From: a virus
DNA: 64,000 nt
Reading direction: 5' to 3' (one strand)
IMG/VR virus record: IMGVR_UViG_3300045988_114753
The notes below the pieces were generated by a model. That model was not told the origin of the DNA. It searched no databases and saw nothing but the letters and a program-made list of their open reading frames with translations. How positions within the stretch are numbered: position 1 is the first letter of the stretch; every line of letters starts with the position of its first letter. A program made the translations under genes and the position numbers. Shown here piece after piece: positions 22,415 through 32,207 of the stretch.

Positions 22415-25165
22415 GTGACCAAAGTATTGCAAAATCAATACTATATATACAAGATACCATCCAACAAAATAACAAAGTTAAAAACGTACAGTTTTAAAGA
22501 AGCATCCAAAGATGGTTGCGTTGTCTCTATTGGTGATAATCTTGTATTAGCTAAAATTAGAGAATATTATGGGGAAAATGGTGACCACGTTTCTTTATAC
22601 AATAAAGTGCAAAATATACGTAAAGAAATGAAGAAAATTAGAAAGTTGCCTACAAGCACAGAAAATGTTGAAGCGATTAGAAATCTTCAATCACAGTTGG
22701 ATAATCTATTGTTTGTAGACGATATAGTAAATATAAAAGTAGTTACAAAAAAAGAATATAGGGAGTTAGGAAGAAAAGGCTTTGACTTAAACGGTAAACA
22801 TTATGTGAGATTTATGGTTGGTTCAGGTCAAATGCGTAGAAACACAGTAACATTTATTAATGAAGAATTATTTGATTATATGCAAGAAAGACTTATGTGT
22901 GGTCTTAGTGGTAAAATTAAGACAATTAATTTAGCTAAATTATCTGCATATTTTGCATTATCTTTTTCATCTGTACTTTGGGTTAGAGAACCTAGGGTGT
23001 GTGTTATAAAAGATTTTGACACTGTAATACCAAATCAAAAATTGAACTGGATAAACAAGGGTGAAGATGGTAATACGGTTACACAGATTTATAAAGATAT
23101 TAAATTAAATAGTGCTGATGGACAAGGGTTAATTAGTCCAGAGATGGCTAAATTGTGGGCTGAGGATATGCACTTAAATTATGTGCCTTGTTCATTTGTT
23201 GTTAGGACGGCATTTGTAAAAGGTAATCTTGTACCATTTGATTTTAAAGAATACGCTAAAGAACACGGTGTCACCACTATCAAAGATAGATATGGTACCG
23301 AATATAATGTTGAAGATGTAGATGTTCTTTTATCAGAAAGCCAATTTAAGATGGCTAAGTATTATTCATCTTGGGAAGGATATTTAAGTTATCATAAAGC
23401 CTATAATTTAAAATGGGGCGTTGCTCGTTATAATAAAGAGTTTGATGATGAGTATGTTCTAACTAACTATCAATATATTCAAGTGTTAAACTTAAATAAG
23501 GAAGACATAGATGGTTTAATATCATATACAACAAATTGGATAAAAAATATTTGTAGTGGTAATTTAGAATATGCTTTGACTTACAATGTGGGGGTGAAAA
23601 ATCCAGCATTGAGTGTAGATAGCATAATTAATTCTTGTGGTAGCACTTTTACTAAGGCAATTATTAAAAATCCAGAGATGTTGAAAGATGGATTTGTTCA
23701 AAGAAAAATATATAACTCTATAAAAGAGAGTATAAGACAAGCGAAGATTGGTCGTATATGGGTTAAAGGCAATTATTCTTTTATGATTAGTGACCCCGTT
23801 GCTCAATGTAGAAGTGCATTAGGTTTAAGTCCTGATGGCTTATTACCAGCCAATCACGTATATGGAAATTTCTGGAACGAGCGAGATATTTCTGGCGAGG
23901 TGTGTCTTTTAAGAAGCCCATTGACACATTATTCAGAAGTCAATGTACAAGAATTGTCTAATACAGAAGAAATGCAGAAGTGGTATAAATATATATATAG
24001 TGGCATAATTTATAATATTTATGATATTAGTGTCGTTAAGCACGCAGACTCTGATTTTGATGGCGACATTTGTATGGCGACAGATAATCCATATTTTCTT
24101 AAAGGAGCAAAAAGAGAAGAACTCCCAATTATGTATGACAAAGAAGCAGTTCCAACTCAAAAAATAACATTACCTAATCAAGTTAGATGTGATATTAAAG
24201 GGTTAGATACTAAAGTTGGTCAAATAACAAATTATTCTACTAGTATGTTGGCGATGTTACCATTGTTTAAGGGTGAGAAGCAACAAGACCAAAAGCAAGA
24301 AATAGAAACACGTTTAAAATTGCTTAGAGAGTTGCAAGGGGCAGAAATTGATAAAATTAAAGGAACCGCCCCACCAAACTTTCCAAAATCTTGGAGACAT
24401 TGGGTTCATATCAATAAGGATGACGACGATATAACTAAAGCTGAGAAATATAAATATAATTCTATGGTCGTAAAAAAGAAGCCGTACTTCTTTATATATT
24501 TGTATAGTACTCTAATGAATGATTATAAGAACTATGAAAAGAATTTCAATAGCATTAGTCTTACACATTTTGGCGTACCAATAAAAGTTTTGTTGAGAAA
24601 AAAAGACCATACAGAAGGAGAAATGAATTTGCTTAGAAAGTATCGTAAATATTCTCCAGTGCTAGAAACAGATTGTGTAATGAATATTTTGTGTAAAGAA
24701 ATTGAAAATGTAGAGTTCGATATTAAGTACAAGCCAAATTGTACAAGTTTATTGCCAGAATTTGCTGACAGAACAGAAATCGATGAAGATAAAATAGTTA
24801 AGTTAATAGAATTATATAAAGGATATAAAGCTCAAAGAAAGTATAAAGGTATTGAAGCGTTGGTTGATAACGAAGGAATACAAGATGATGATATGAATGA
24901 GATATTGAGAGGGGTTTTATATGCTAACCGTGATGAATATAAAAACAATATGTTAGATTTATTTACGTCATCTAAAGAGTTATTTAATCATCTAGTAGTT
25001 ATGTGTGAGCGAAACAACTGGTCTTGCGATTGTATTTGGGATATTGTTGGTGATGATATTGTAGATATTATACCTTATGGAAATACACAGGTCGTAGTAG
25101 AGGATGCCGACGGCTTTGAATATTTGGGACGTAACTATAAATTAGAGGAGGTAAAGAGATGTTAA
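22415..25165 (+). CDS. YonO-like single-subunit double-psi beta-barrel RNA polymerase (putative)
   Basis: 916 aa. ADSDFDGD at codons 543-551 (nt 24047-24067 encode DSDFDGD), the metal-chelating signature of the beta-prime NADFDGD / RdRP DxDGD class. Size is similar to SPbeta YonO. GTG start with GGAGGAG SD. Confidence 0.6.
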   Translation: MTKVLQNQYYIYKIPSNKITKLKTYSFKEASKDGCVVSIGDNLVLAKIREYYGENGDHVSLYNKVQNIRKEMKKIRKLPTSTENVEAIRNLQSQLDNLLFVDDIVNIKVVTKKEYRELGRKGFDLNGKHYVRFMVGSGQMRRNTVTFINEELFDYMQERLMCGLSGKIKTINLAKLSAYFALSFSSVLWVREPRVCVIKDFDTVIPNQKLNWINKGEDGNTVTQIYKDIKLNSADGQGLISPEMAKLWAEDMHLNYVPCSFVVRTAFVKGNLVPFDFKEYAKEHGVTTIKDRYGTEYNVEDVDVLLSESQFKMAKYYSSWEGYLSYHKAYNLKWGVARYNKEFDDEYVLTNYQYIQVLNLNKEDIDGLISYTTNWIKNICSGNLEYALTYNVGVKNPALSVDSIINSCGSTFTKAIIKNPEMLKDGFVQRKIYNSIKESIRQAKIGRIWVKGNYSFMISDPVAQCRSALGLSPDGLLPANHVYGNFWNERDISGEVCLLRSPLTHYSEVNVQELSNTEEMQKWYKYIYSGIIYNIYDISVVKHADSDFDGDICMATDNPYFLKGAKREELPIMYDKEAVPTQKITLPNQVRCDIKGLDTKVGQITNYSTSMLAMLPLFKGEKQQDQKQEIETRLKLLRELQGAEIDKIKGTAPPNFPKSWRHWVHINKDDDDITKAEKYKYNSMVVKKKPYFFIYLYSTLMNDYKNYEKNFNSISLTHFGVPIKVLLRKKDHTEGEMNLLRKYRKYSPVLETDCVMNILCKEIENVEFDIKYKPNCTSLLPEFADRTEIDEDKIVKLIELYKGYKAQRKYKGIEALVDNEGIQDDDMNEILRGVLYANRDEYKNNMLDLFTSSKELFNHLVVMCERNNWSCDCIWDIVGDDIVDIIPYGNTQVVVEDADGFEYLGRNYKLEEVKRC

Positions 25166-25944
25166 TATTTGATGAAAAAAAATATGCAGAGAATATAATT
25201 AACAATAAGAGATATGAAACCGTCAAGACGCAAGGTAGAGAGCGTTGCGTCTTAGTTAGATATTTAACATCTCTAAACTATTCTGTAGAGGAGATAAAAA
25301 AGGTTCTTTCAGAAATACCTATGTCTGGCGGTGAATATTTATCTTCAAAAGATAAAGATGTAATTTTTTCAAAGATTATTGCTAAGGCTAATGAATATGA
25401 GTTTGTAACTAATAAAGTTGTTAAGATATATCAATCTGAACTTGATATTATAGAACAGGTTGAGGATGATTATGCTAGGCATCTATTATTTGTTTATTTA
25501 GTGTATTATAAATGGGCTTCTACTGTCTCTCATTTACAATTTTATAGCAAAAAGAATGATATTATGATGGTAACTGAAAATAATAATGATGTTTGGAAAT
25601 TGGCAGGGTTATCGAAGCTAAGAGTAGCAGATAGGTATAGACTTTGTAATTTGTTATTTAATAAAGGACTTTATAAAATAGATAATTTTAAAGCCTATAA
25701 TTATATCTACATTCCATTTGTCAAGGATGATGGAGATGTGGCTATAGAGATTTCAAACTTTGATAATATACTAGGTGAATTATTAATTTATGAAAAGCCA
25801 ACCGAATATAAAAGATGTGTTATTTGTGATACCGTAATCAAAAAAACTCGTTCTCCTAAAAAGTACTGTATTAATTGTGCTTATAAGGAAAACCTAAGAA
25901 AAACAAAGGAAAGAAAAAGGGGTTTGAAAACCCAAACTTCTTAA
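25159..25944 (+). CDS. hypothetical protein with C-terminal zinc ribbon (261 aa)
   Basis: Overlaps the RNAP stop. CVICDT...CINCAY followed by a basic tail. Confidence 0.6.
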   Translation: MLIFDEKKYAENIINNKRYETVKTQGRERCVLVRYLTSLNYSVEEIKKVLSEIPMSGGEYLSSKDKDVIFSKIIAKANEYEFVTNKVVKIYQSELDIIEQVEDDYARHLLFVYLVYYKWASTVSHLQFYSKKNDIMMVTENNNDVWKLAGLSKLRVADRYRLCNLLFNKGLYKIDNFKAYNYIYIPFVKDDGDVAIEISNFDNILGELLIYEKPTEYKRCVICDTVIKKTRSPKKYCINCAYKENLRKTKERKRGLKTQTS

Positions 25945-25956
25945 ACCCCTTATTTT
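25917..25956 (+). terminator. possible terminator hairpin
   Basis: AAGGGGTTT-17 nt-AAACCCCTT followed by ATTTT. The large loop makes it uncertain. Confidence 0.35.
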
Positions 25957-26038
25957 ACTAGGCAAACGTACGTTCTATTAAAAAATATTATTAATGAAAG
26001 AGAAAAATAAGAAAATCCAGTAAAAAAGGAGAGTATAT

Positions 26039-27217
26039 ATGGAAGCATTTAAAAGATTAGAAAATGAAGACGAAAATGCGTACATATGGCGTGTGTGTGA
26101 CAATAAAGATTTAATAGGTACTTGGCAAGACGTTTGTGATTTATTAAATTCAGAATTAAATCACGATTATAATGAGTCTTGGTACAGAAAGATGTATCAA
26201 AGTTTTATGATGATGTTTGATGCGATAAAAAGTAAATATTTCGATGATGAACAAATACATAAAATAGAACAGAAAAAACAAGAACTTATTAAAGAGCGTT
26301 TTCGTTTAAACGATGAACGTGTAGCGTATAATAGAGCATTACGCAATGACGCAAGATTAGAAAGTAGATTAGATAAATTAGAGGAAGCTATATTGGACTT
26401 TGGTAAAGAAGCCTATGTTAGTAGTCCAGTAAAAACTATAAAATCCGACAATGATTTATTAGTTATTTTGAGTGACCTCCATATAGGACAGACGTTTGAT
26501 AGTTTTGGTGGTAAATATAATACAGACATAGCAAAGCAAAGATTGTGTAAATATTTAGACGAGATAATTGCTTTAAGAGATATATATAATTCTGAAAATT
26601 GTTATGTGTCTTTACAAGGGGATTTAATTAGTAATTCAATTCATAAGACTATAGCAATTACCAATCAAGAGAACGTCATACAACAAATTAAAAAAGCTAG
26701 TGAACTTGTTACTATGTTTGTTTATGAATTAAGTAAACATTTTAATAAGGTTATGGTTACAAGTGTAAGCGGTAATCATTCACGTTTAGATAAAAAAGAA
26801 GACGCACTGAAAGATGAGCGTTTAGATGATATTGTGATTTGGTATATGAATGCTGCTTTAAGTGGTGTAAACAATGTAGAATTAAAGACAAACAATGAAG
26901 ATAGCACTTTTGCTGAAATGGATATTAGAGGAAAAAAGTACATTAATGTTCACGGAGATTATGACGCTTTTTCTAAAGCTGGTATAGCAAGTTTGTCAAT
27001 GATGTTAGGATATTTCCCATATGCTATCACATTTGGACACCTACATACTTGTGCTATGCAAGATGAGGGTGGAGTAAAAATAATTAGAGGCGGTAGTCTG
27101 GCTGGTAGTGGCGATGATTATACAATTCAAAAAAGATTACCTGGAAATGCTACACAAATGGTCTGCGTTTGTACTGCTGACGGTATAAAATCATATAATG
27201 TTATAGAACTAAGTTAG
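26039..27217 (+). CDS. calcineurin-like metallophosphoesterase (Mre11/SbcD-like nuclease)
   Basis: Ordered motifs LSDLHIG, QGDLISN, SGNHSR, VHGDYD and FGHLH. N-terminal coiled-coil region. Confidence 0.65.
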   Translation: MEAFKRLENEDENAYIWRVCDNKDLIGTWQDVCDLLNSELNHDYNESWYRKMYQSFMMMFDAIKSKYFDDEQIHKIEQKKQELIKERFRLNDERVAYNRALRNDARLESRLDKLEEAILDFGKEAYVSSPVKTIKSDNDLLVILSDLHIGQTFDSFGGKYNTDIAKQRLCKYLDEIIALRDIYNSENCYVSLQGDLISNSIHKTIAITNQENVIQQIKKASELVTMFVYELSKHFNKVMVTSVSGNHSRLDKKEDALKDERLDDIVIWYMNAALSGVNNVELKTNNEDSTFAEMDIRGKKYINVHGDYDAFSKAGIASLSMMLGYFPYAITFGHLHTCAMQDEGGVKIIRGGSLAGSGDDYTIQKRLPGNATQMVCVCTADGIKSYNVIELS

Positions 27218-27232
27218 TCTTAGTTTTTTTTA
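27207..27232 (+). terminator. intrinsic terminator
   Basis: AACTAAG-5 nt-CTTAGTT followed by a T-run. The stop codon is in the loop. Confidence 0.7.
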
Positions 27233-27258
27233 TTTTTTTGAAAGAAAGGTGAATGCAC

Positions 27259-28092
27259 GTGGCAACTAAATATAAGAAGCCTATAAAAAAAGTTGAGGGT
27301 CAACAAAAAGTTATTTGTCAAAATAAAGATTGCGATAAAATGGGCAAGCACTTAAGTGTAGATGATTTTTATAAATCACGTAATGCTATGGTGCAACACC
27401 ATCCTTATTGCAAAGATTGTGTTAATAAAATGATTGACGTTAATAATTTAGAGTCAGTATATAGTGTATTAAAAGTGTTGGATACTCCTTTTATAATGGA
27501 TATTTGGAATGACGTATGTAATTCTGGTACAACCAATTATATGGGAGATTATTTAAGGGCTATAAATTTTACATATAGAAAAAAATATGCAGGTATGGGT
27601 TTTGACGATAGTATATTTGAATTATCTGAAAATGAAGAGATAAGTGATAATGTACAGGCTGCTTTTGATGATACTCCAGTTTGGAGTGATGATTGGCAAG
27701 GTAAATACACTAAGTCTGATTTAAAATATTTAAACGATTATTATAATGGATTACAAAATGACTTCAAAATAATTACTACAAATCATAAAGATTATGCTAG
27801 AAAAATTGCTCAAGCATCTTTGTCTCAAATGAAAGCATATCAACATTTATTACAAGGTGAAGAGGGTGCTGACTTGGCATATGAAAAAGCTACTAAAATA
27901 TTTGATATGTTATCTAAATCAGCTCAATTTGCTGAAAGCCAACGTGGAGCTAATGATGTTGCTTTAGGTTGTTTTGGTAGAGTATTTGATGCAGTTGAAA
28001 AACACAATTGGGTTCCAGAGTATATTCCAACTGACGAAGATATGTATGATAAGTTATTAAATCAATTCTCCAATATTGAGAGGAGTTTATAA
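27259..28092 (+). CDS. putative small terminase subunit (position-based), Cys-rich N-terminus
   Basis: Lies immediately upstream of and abuts the large terminase gene. GTG 27259 lies 6 nt after AAGGTGA (the ATG at 27253 has zero spacing). CQNKDC...CKDC. Confidence 0.45.
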   Translation: MATKYKKPIKKVEGQQKVICQNKDCDKMGKHLSVDDFYKSRNAMVQHHPYCKDCVNKMIDVNNLESVYSVLKVLDTPFIMDIWNDVCNSGTTNYMGDYLRAINFTYRKKYAGMGFDDSIFELSENEEISDNVQAAFDDTPVWSDDWQGKYTKSDLKYLNDYYNGLQNDFKIITTNHKDYARKIAQASLSQMKAYQHLLQGEEGADLAYEKATKIFDMLSKSAQFAESQRGANDVALGCFGRVFDAVEKHNWVPEYIPTDEDMYDKLLNQFSNIERSL

Positions 28093-29852
28093 TGGCTTCA
28101 TATAAAAATTTTAGTCAAAAAAGAAGAGCTGCACAAACTTGGGCATATAATAACACTGATAATCCATTAAGTTATGACCCAATTAATAGTGAAAAAATTG
28201 ACTATGAAGAATGGACAAAATTCTTATCATATTATAGATATTATATAGATAAATTCGCCGTAGATATTTTAGGAGTAAACTTATTTCCATTTCAAAGATT
28301 AATAATGAGGGCTATGGCAAGATACCCTAATGCAATGTTAATATGTTGTCGTGGTTTAGGTAAATCTTGGTTATGTGCTTTATTTATGATATGTATGGCA
28401 ATTCTTTATCCTGGTATGGCTGTCGGAATTGTTTCTGGAAACGGAAATCAAGCACGTATGGTTATTAAACAAAAAATAGAGGGCGAGTTGCAAAAGAACG
28501 AGAATATTAAGAGAGAAATATCAAACATAAAGACGAGTACCGATGACTGTATAGTAACTCTCAAAAACGGTAGTTCTATACGTGCTATTACTTTAGGTAC
28601 TAATCAAAAGGGTGACAATGCTCGTGGTTGGCGTTTCCAATTGGTTTTGGTGGATGAGGCGAGATTGGTTAAAGATAACACTTTAACAGAGGTTATTCGC
28701 CCGATGATAAAAACACCAAGACAAAATGCAATTGATTTACACGACAAATATCCAGAGAACCCTATAGAGAAGGGTAGAATGATTTATATTTCTTCTGCTT
28801 GGTTAAAGACTTGTGACTTATACCAAAAGTTTTTAAATTTCTATCATTCAATGATTAGCGGAGATAAGCACTACTTTGTAGCAAGCTTGGATTATAAAGT
28901 AGGAATTGATGCAGGTTTATTTTCTCAAGAAGAAATAGATATAGAAAAAGAAAGTCCAGATATGTCTTTAGATAAATTTGCTTATGAATATGAAGGAACA
29001 TTTGTTGGTAGTTCTAACGATAGTTATTATCCATATTCATTAACAAATAAATGCCGTGTCTTAGATAGGTGTGAATTATTACAACCTAAGAAGACACAGT
29101 ATGCATATGTAATTACACACGACGTTGCCGTATCAACTAAGGCTGGCTCCGATAATTCGTGTACACACGTTATTAAGTTAATACCAAAAAGTAATGGTAC
29201 ATTTGATAAGCACGTTGTTTTTACAAAGACATTAAATGGAGCTAGTTTAAAAGAACAAAGGGACTTATTGCGTGAGTTATTACATATTAGGTTCCCTAAT
29301 ACAGAAAAACTCGTAATTGACGTTCGTAGTGCTGGACAAGGTTTGCTTTCTTTATTGGAAGAGCCTTGGTCTTATCGTAATGAAAGAGGAGATATTGAAG
29401 AATATCCACCATTAATTCAGGACGATGACGAAGAGACAATGAGAACTTTGCCTAACGCAGAACCAATTATTAGAGGTATTCAAGCAACCGCTGATTTTAA
29501 CAGCACTTATTATCCTTATATGAAAAGTTGTTTTGAAGACCAGAGTTTAAAATTATTAGTTGATAGTAATGAGACAGATGAACTATATAAAGCTGGAAAG
29601 TATACAGCCGAAGAACAAGTAATGCACGTTGAACACGATAATTTAATGCAAGAGCTTAGTAATATTAAAAGAGACTTCGGTCTTAATGGTCAGATATTAT
29701 ATGACCGTATTGTTAAATCTGCTAAACGTGACCGTGCGACATCTTTAATGTATGGGTTATCTGTTGTATTTGAATATGAAAAACAAGGTAAAGCCGATAT
29801 AGGTAGAACAGAAGTTGACACCTTAAAATATTTGGCTGAATACATTTATTAG
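28092..29852 (+). CDS. terL: terminase large subunit
   Basis: 586 aa. Walker A-like CCRGLGKSW and Walker B QLVLVDEA. Followed by a portal-sized gene. Confidence 0.8.
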   Translation: MASYKNFSQKRRAAQTWAYNNTDNPLSYDPINSEKIDYEEWTKFLSYYRYYIDKFAVDILGVNLFPFQRLIMRAMARYPNAMLICCRGLGKSWLCALFMICMAILYPGMAVGIVSGNGNQARMVIKQKIEGELQKNENIKREISNIKTSTDDCIVTLKNGSSIRAITLGTNQKGDNARGWRFQLVLVDEARLVKDNTLTEVIRPMIKTPRQNAIDLHDKYPENPIEKGRMIYISSAWLKTCDLYQKFLNFYHSMISGDKHYFVASLDYKVGIDAGLFSQEEIDIEKESPDMSLDKFAYEYEGTFVGSSNDSYYPYSLTNKCRVLDRCELLQPKKTQYAYVITHDVAVSTKAGSDNSCTHVIKLIPKSNGTFDKHVVFTKTLNGASLKEQRDLLRELLHIRFPNTEKLVIDVRSAGQGLLSLLEEPWSYRNERGDIEEYPPLIQDDDEETMRTLPNAEPIIRGIQATADFNSTYYPYMKSCFEDQSLKLLVDSNETDELYKAGKYTAEEQVMHVEHDNLMQELSNIKRDFGLNGQILYDRIVKSAKRDRATSLMYGLSVVFEYEKQGKADIGRTEVDTLKYLAEYIY

Positions 29853-29869
29853 GAAAGGCAGGTGTAATA

Positions 29870-31465
29870 ATGAGTAAGAAAAAAGATAATAATAAGGTTC
29901 TTTTGTCTGAGAATGAAGTTGTAGAAACTTTAGAAGCTGTACAAAGAGCGTTTGATGTATTAGATTTCGCTAAAGGATATAACGATGGTGTTTATAGTCC
30001 TATGACGCAAAATACATTAATGAAGAATTTAAACATTTCTTCTGTTGTACCAGATAGAGCTGGCATTGAAGAAGCATTAAAAGACCCAGCAAATCACGAA
30101 ACGTCATTAGTATCTTATGGTCAGTCATATTATTTTAGCAGTCTAATGTATAAACGTAATTTAGAATACATTGCGAATTTACCTGCTTTTGACCTAGAAA
30201 TGACTTGTATCAATGCTACAGCCGCTGATTATAACACAACCAAATATAAAAACGATTATAAAGCCATTGCAAACTTTCTGGATAAATTTGATTATAGAGC
30301 TCAATTTAAAGAGGTTCTATGGAATTTATTAATGGAAGAAACATATTATGGTATCTTTAGAACGTTTGACAGCAAAAGCGTATTACAACAATGGCCTTGG
30401 AAGTATGCTAAAGTCACTGGTAAATTTGAATATGGTTTATTATATGATATTGATATGAACTATTTTTTACAAGGGGTTGTAGACTTAAACTGCTATCCAG
30501 ATTGGTTAAAAAAGAAATATAAAGAGGTTTTTAGTGCTGATACAAACGCTTATAAGCCAGGTAATAAATTGAATAATAGAACTGGTAAATTTGCAACTTG
30601 GGTTCAAACATCACCAGAAGAAGGTTTTTGGTGTTTTAAATTTAATCCAAAACATTCATTACAGGTTCCATTCTTTAGTGCAATGTTGCCAGAGATGGCT
30701 ATTGTTCCTTTAATGAGAAGATTGCAAGTTGACCAAAGTATGGCTGCTGCTCGTAAATTATTAGTAAGTTCAGTGCCATATTTAAAAGAGAAGAAATCTT
30801 CTAGTGTCGCTAATCAATTAGCTATTGATGCCGATGTTTTAGGTAAATTTATCGGTTTAGCAGCACAAGGAATTGAGAATGCTATTAAGATTTTAGCATT
30901 ACCAACAGAAGATATTAAGGGTGTAGAATTTGAAAATACAGATAAAGACACCTATAAAAACTTTATGGCAATTACAAGTTCATTATTAAGTGGAGGTAAG
31001 GTAATATTCTCTACTGATGAAAATCAAAATGCCATAGAGACACAATTATCATTGAATTTAGATGAGCTATTAGCAGAGTCAATTTATCCTCAATTTGAAG
31101 AATTTTTAAATTATTTTGCAAATAAAGAAACAAAAAAGTTTAAATGGAAATTTAGATTTGTTGGATGTAATGACCAATTTGATAGACTAAGACGCCAAAA
31201 TGAAGCTTTCACTTATGCCGATAAAGGTGTCGTGTTACCAAATAAGATAGCGTCGTCTTTAGGATTAAATAAAATAGAACTAGAAAGAGAACTAGAAGAG
31301 GCAAATGCTACAGGGTTTACTGATAAGTTAATGATGATGGTCAATATAAATACAATGTCGCCTAATAATGCTGGTCGTCCCACTAAAGACGATGCAGATT
31401 TAACAGACAGCGGGGCAAAGACTAGGTCTAATGCTTCAAATATTGAAAAAGGTGGAAAGGTTTAA
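29870..31465 (+). CDS. portal protein
   Basis: 531 aa, directly downstream of terL. Assigned by size and position. Confidence 0.65.
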   Translation: MSKKKDNNKVLLSENEVVETLEAVQRAFDVLDFAKGYNDGVYSPMTQNTLMKNLNISSVVPDRAGIEEALKDPANHETSLVSYGQSYYFSSLMYKRNLEYIANLPAFDLEMTCINATAADYNTTKYKNDYKAIANFLDKFDYRAQFKEVLWNLLMEETYYGIFRTFDSKSVLQQWPWKYAKVTGKFEYGLLYDIDMNYFLQGVVDLNCYPDWLKKKYKEVFSADTNAYKPGNKLNNRTGKFATWVQTSPEEGFWCFKFNPKHSLQVPFFSAMLPEMAIVPLMRRLQVDQSMAAARKLLVSSVPYLKEKKSSSVANQLAIDADVLGKFIGLAAQGIENAIKILALPTEDIKGVEFENTDKDTYKNFMAITSSLLSGGKVIFSTDENQNAIETQLSLNLDELLAESIYPQFEEFLNYFANKETKKFKWKFRFVGCNDQFDRLRRQNEAFTYADKGVVLPNKIASSLGLNKIELERELEEANATGFTDKLMMMVNINTMSPNNAGRPTKDDADLTDSGAKTRSNASNIEKGGKV

Positions 31466-31477
31466 GGAGGTTAGAGT

Positions 31478-31996
31478 ATGAGTGAAGGACTTATTTCAAA
31501 AGAAATGAAAGCGTCTTTGGAAGAAATAATTTCACACTGTTTTTATAGCAATCGTATGCTTGATAGAATGTGTAGTATTTTATCCGTAACTTTCGTAATG
31601 CCTATCACATCTAATATTCTTCATCACAAATTAGCACATCTTTATCCAGTATTAGCAGATGATATTTCTGACTATATGGATGCTAGAGATTGCACTACAG
31701 TTTATGGAGAAACTCCTAAAGGAGACCAAGATTATGATACAGCATTAGATTGTTTTAATAAGATGCTAGAAATTAATTTAAAATTGGAGTCGTTAGTAAA
31801 AGACTCTATTACTTTGGCACAAAATATGAATGATTATAGTACTAAAGTAATGTTAGAACAATTTATATTAAAAATTACTCATATCACAAAAGATATTTTA
31901 TTATTAGTTGATAAAGCAGAAATGTATGGAGACAGTGATGCTTCTATGATGAAGTTTGACCACGATATGCCATCATTTAATGTTTTTGGAGAGTAG
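31478..31996 (+). CDS. hypothetical protein (172 aa)
   Basis: AAGGAGG SD; head module. Confidence 0.6.
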   Translation: MSEGLISKEMKASLEEIISHCFYSNRMLDRMCSILSVTFVMPITSNILHHKLAHLYPVLADDISDYMDARDCTTVYGETPKGDQDYDTALDCFNKMLEINLKLESLVKDSITLAQNMNDYSTKVMLEQFILKITHITKDILLLVDKAEMYGDSDASMMKFDHDMPSFNVFGE

Positions 31997-31997
31997 T

Positions 31998-32207
31998 ATG
32001 TTTATTTCTAATTTAGACAATAAAGATAAAAAATATTATGAATGTGGTAAGATTGTGGGTAATTATTTAATTAAAAATGGCATTCCAATGTTGGCACGTG
32101 AAAATGGGCTAATGTTGTTTGCAAAAACAAAAAGACTTCAAAAGGTCATTGATGATATGCCTTTGTATTTACAACTTCTAATTAAAGGGGGTGTTATCAA
32201 TGGATAA
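31998..32207 (+). CDS. hypothetical protein (69 aa from ATG 31998)
   Basis: ATG 31998 follows GGAGAG, 1 nt after the previous stop. Confidence 0.5.
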   Translation: MFISNLDNKDKKYYECGKIVGNYLIKNGIPMLARENGLMLFAKTKRLQKVIDDMPLYLQLLIKGGVING

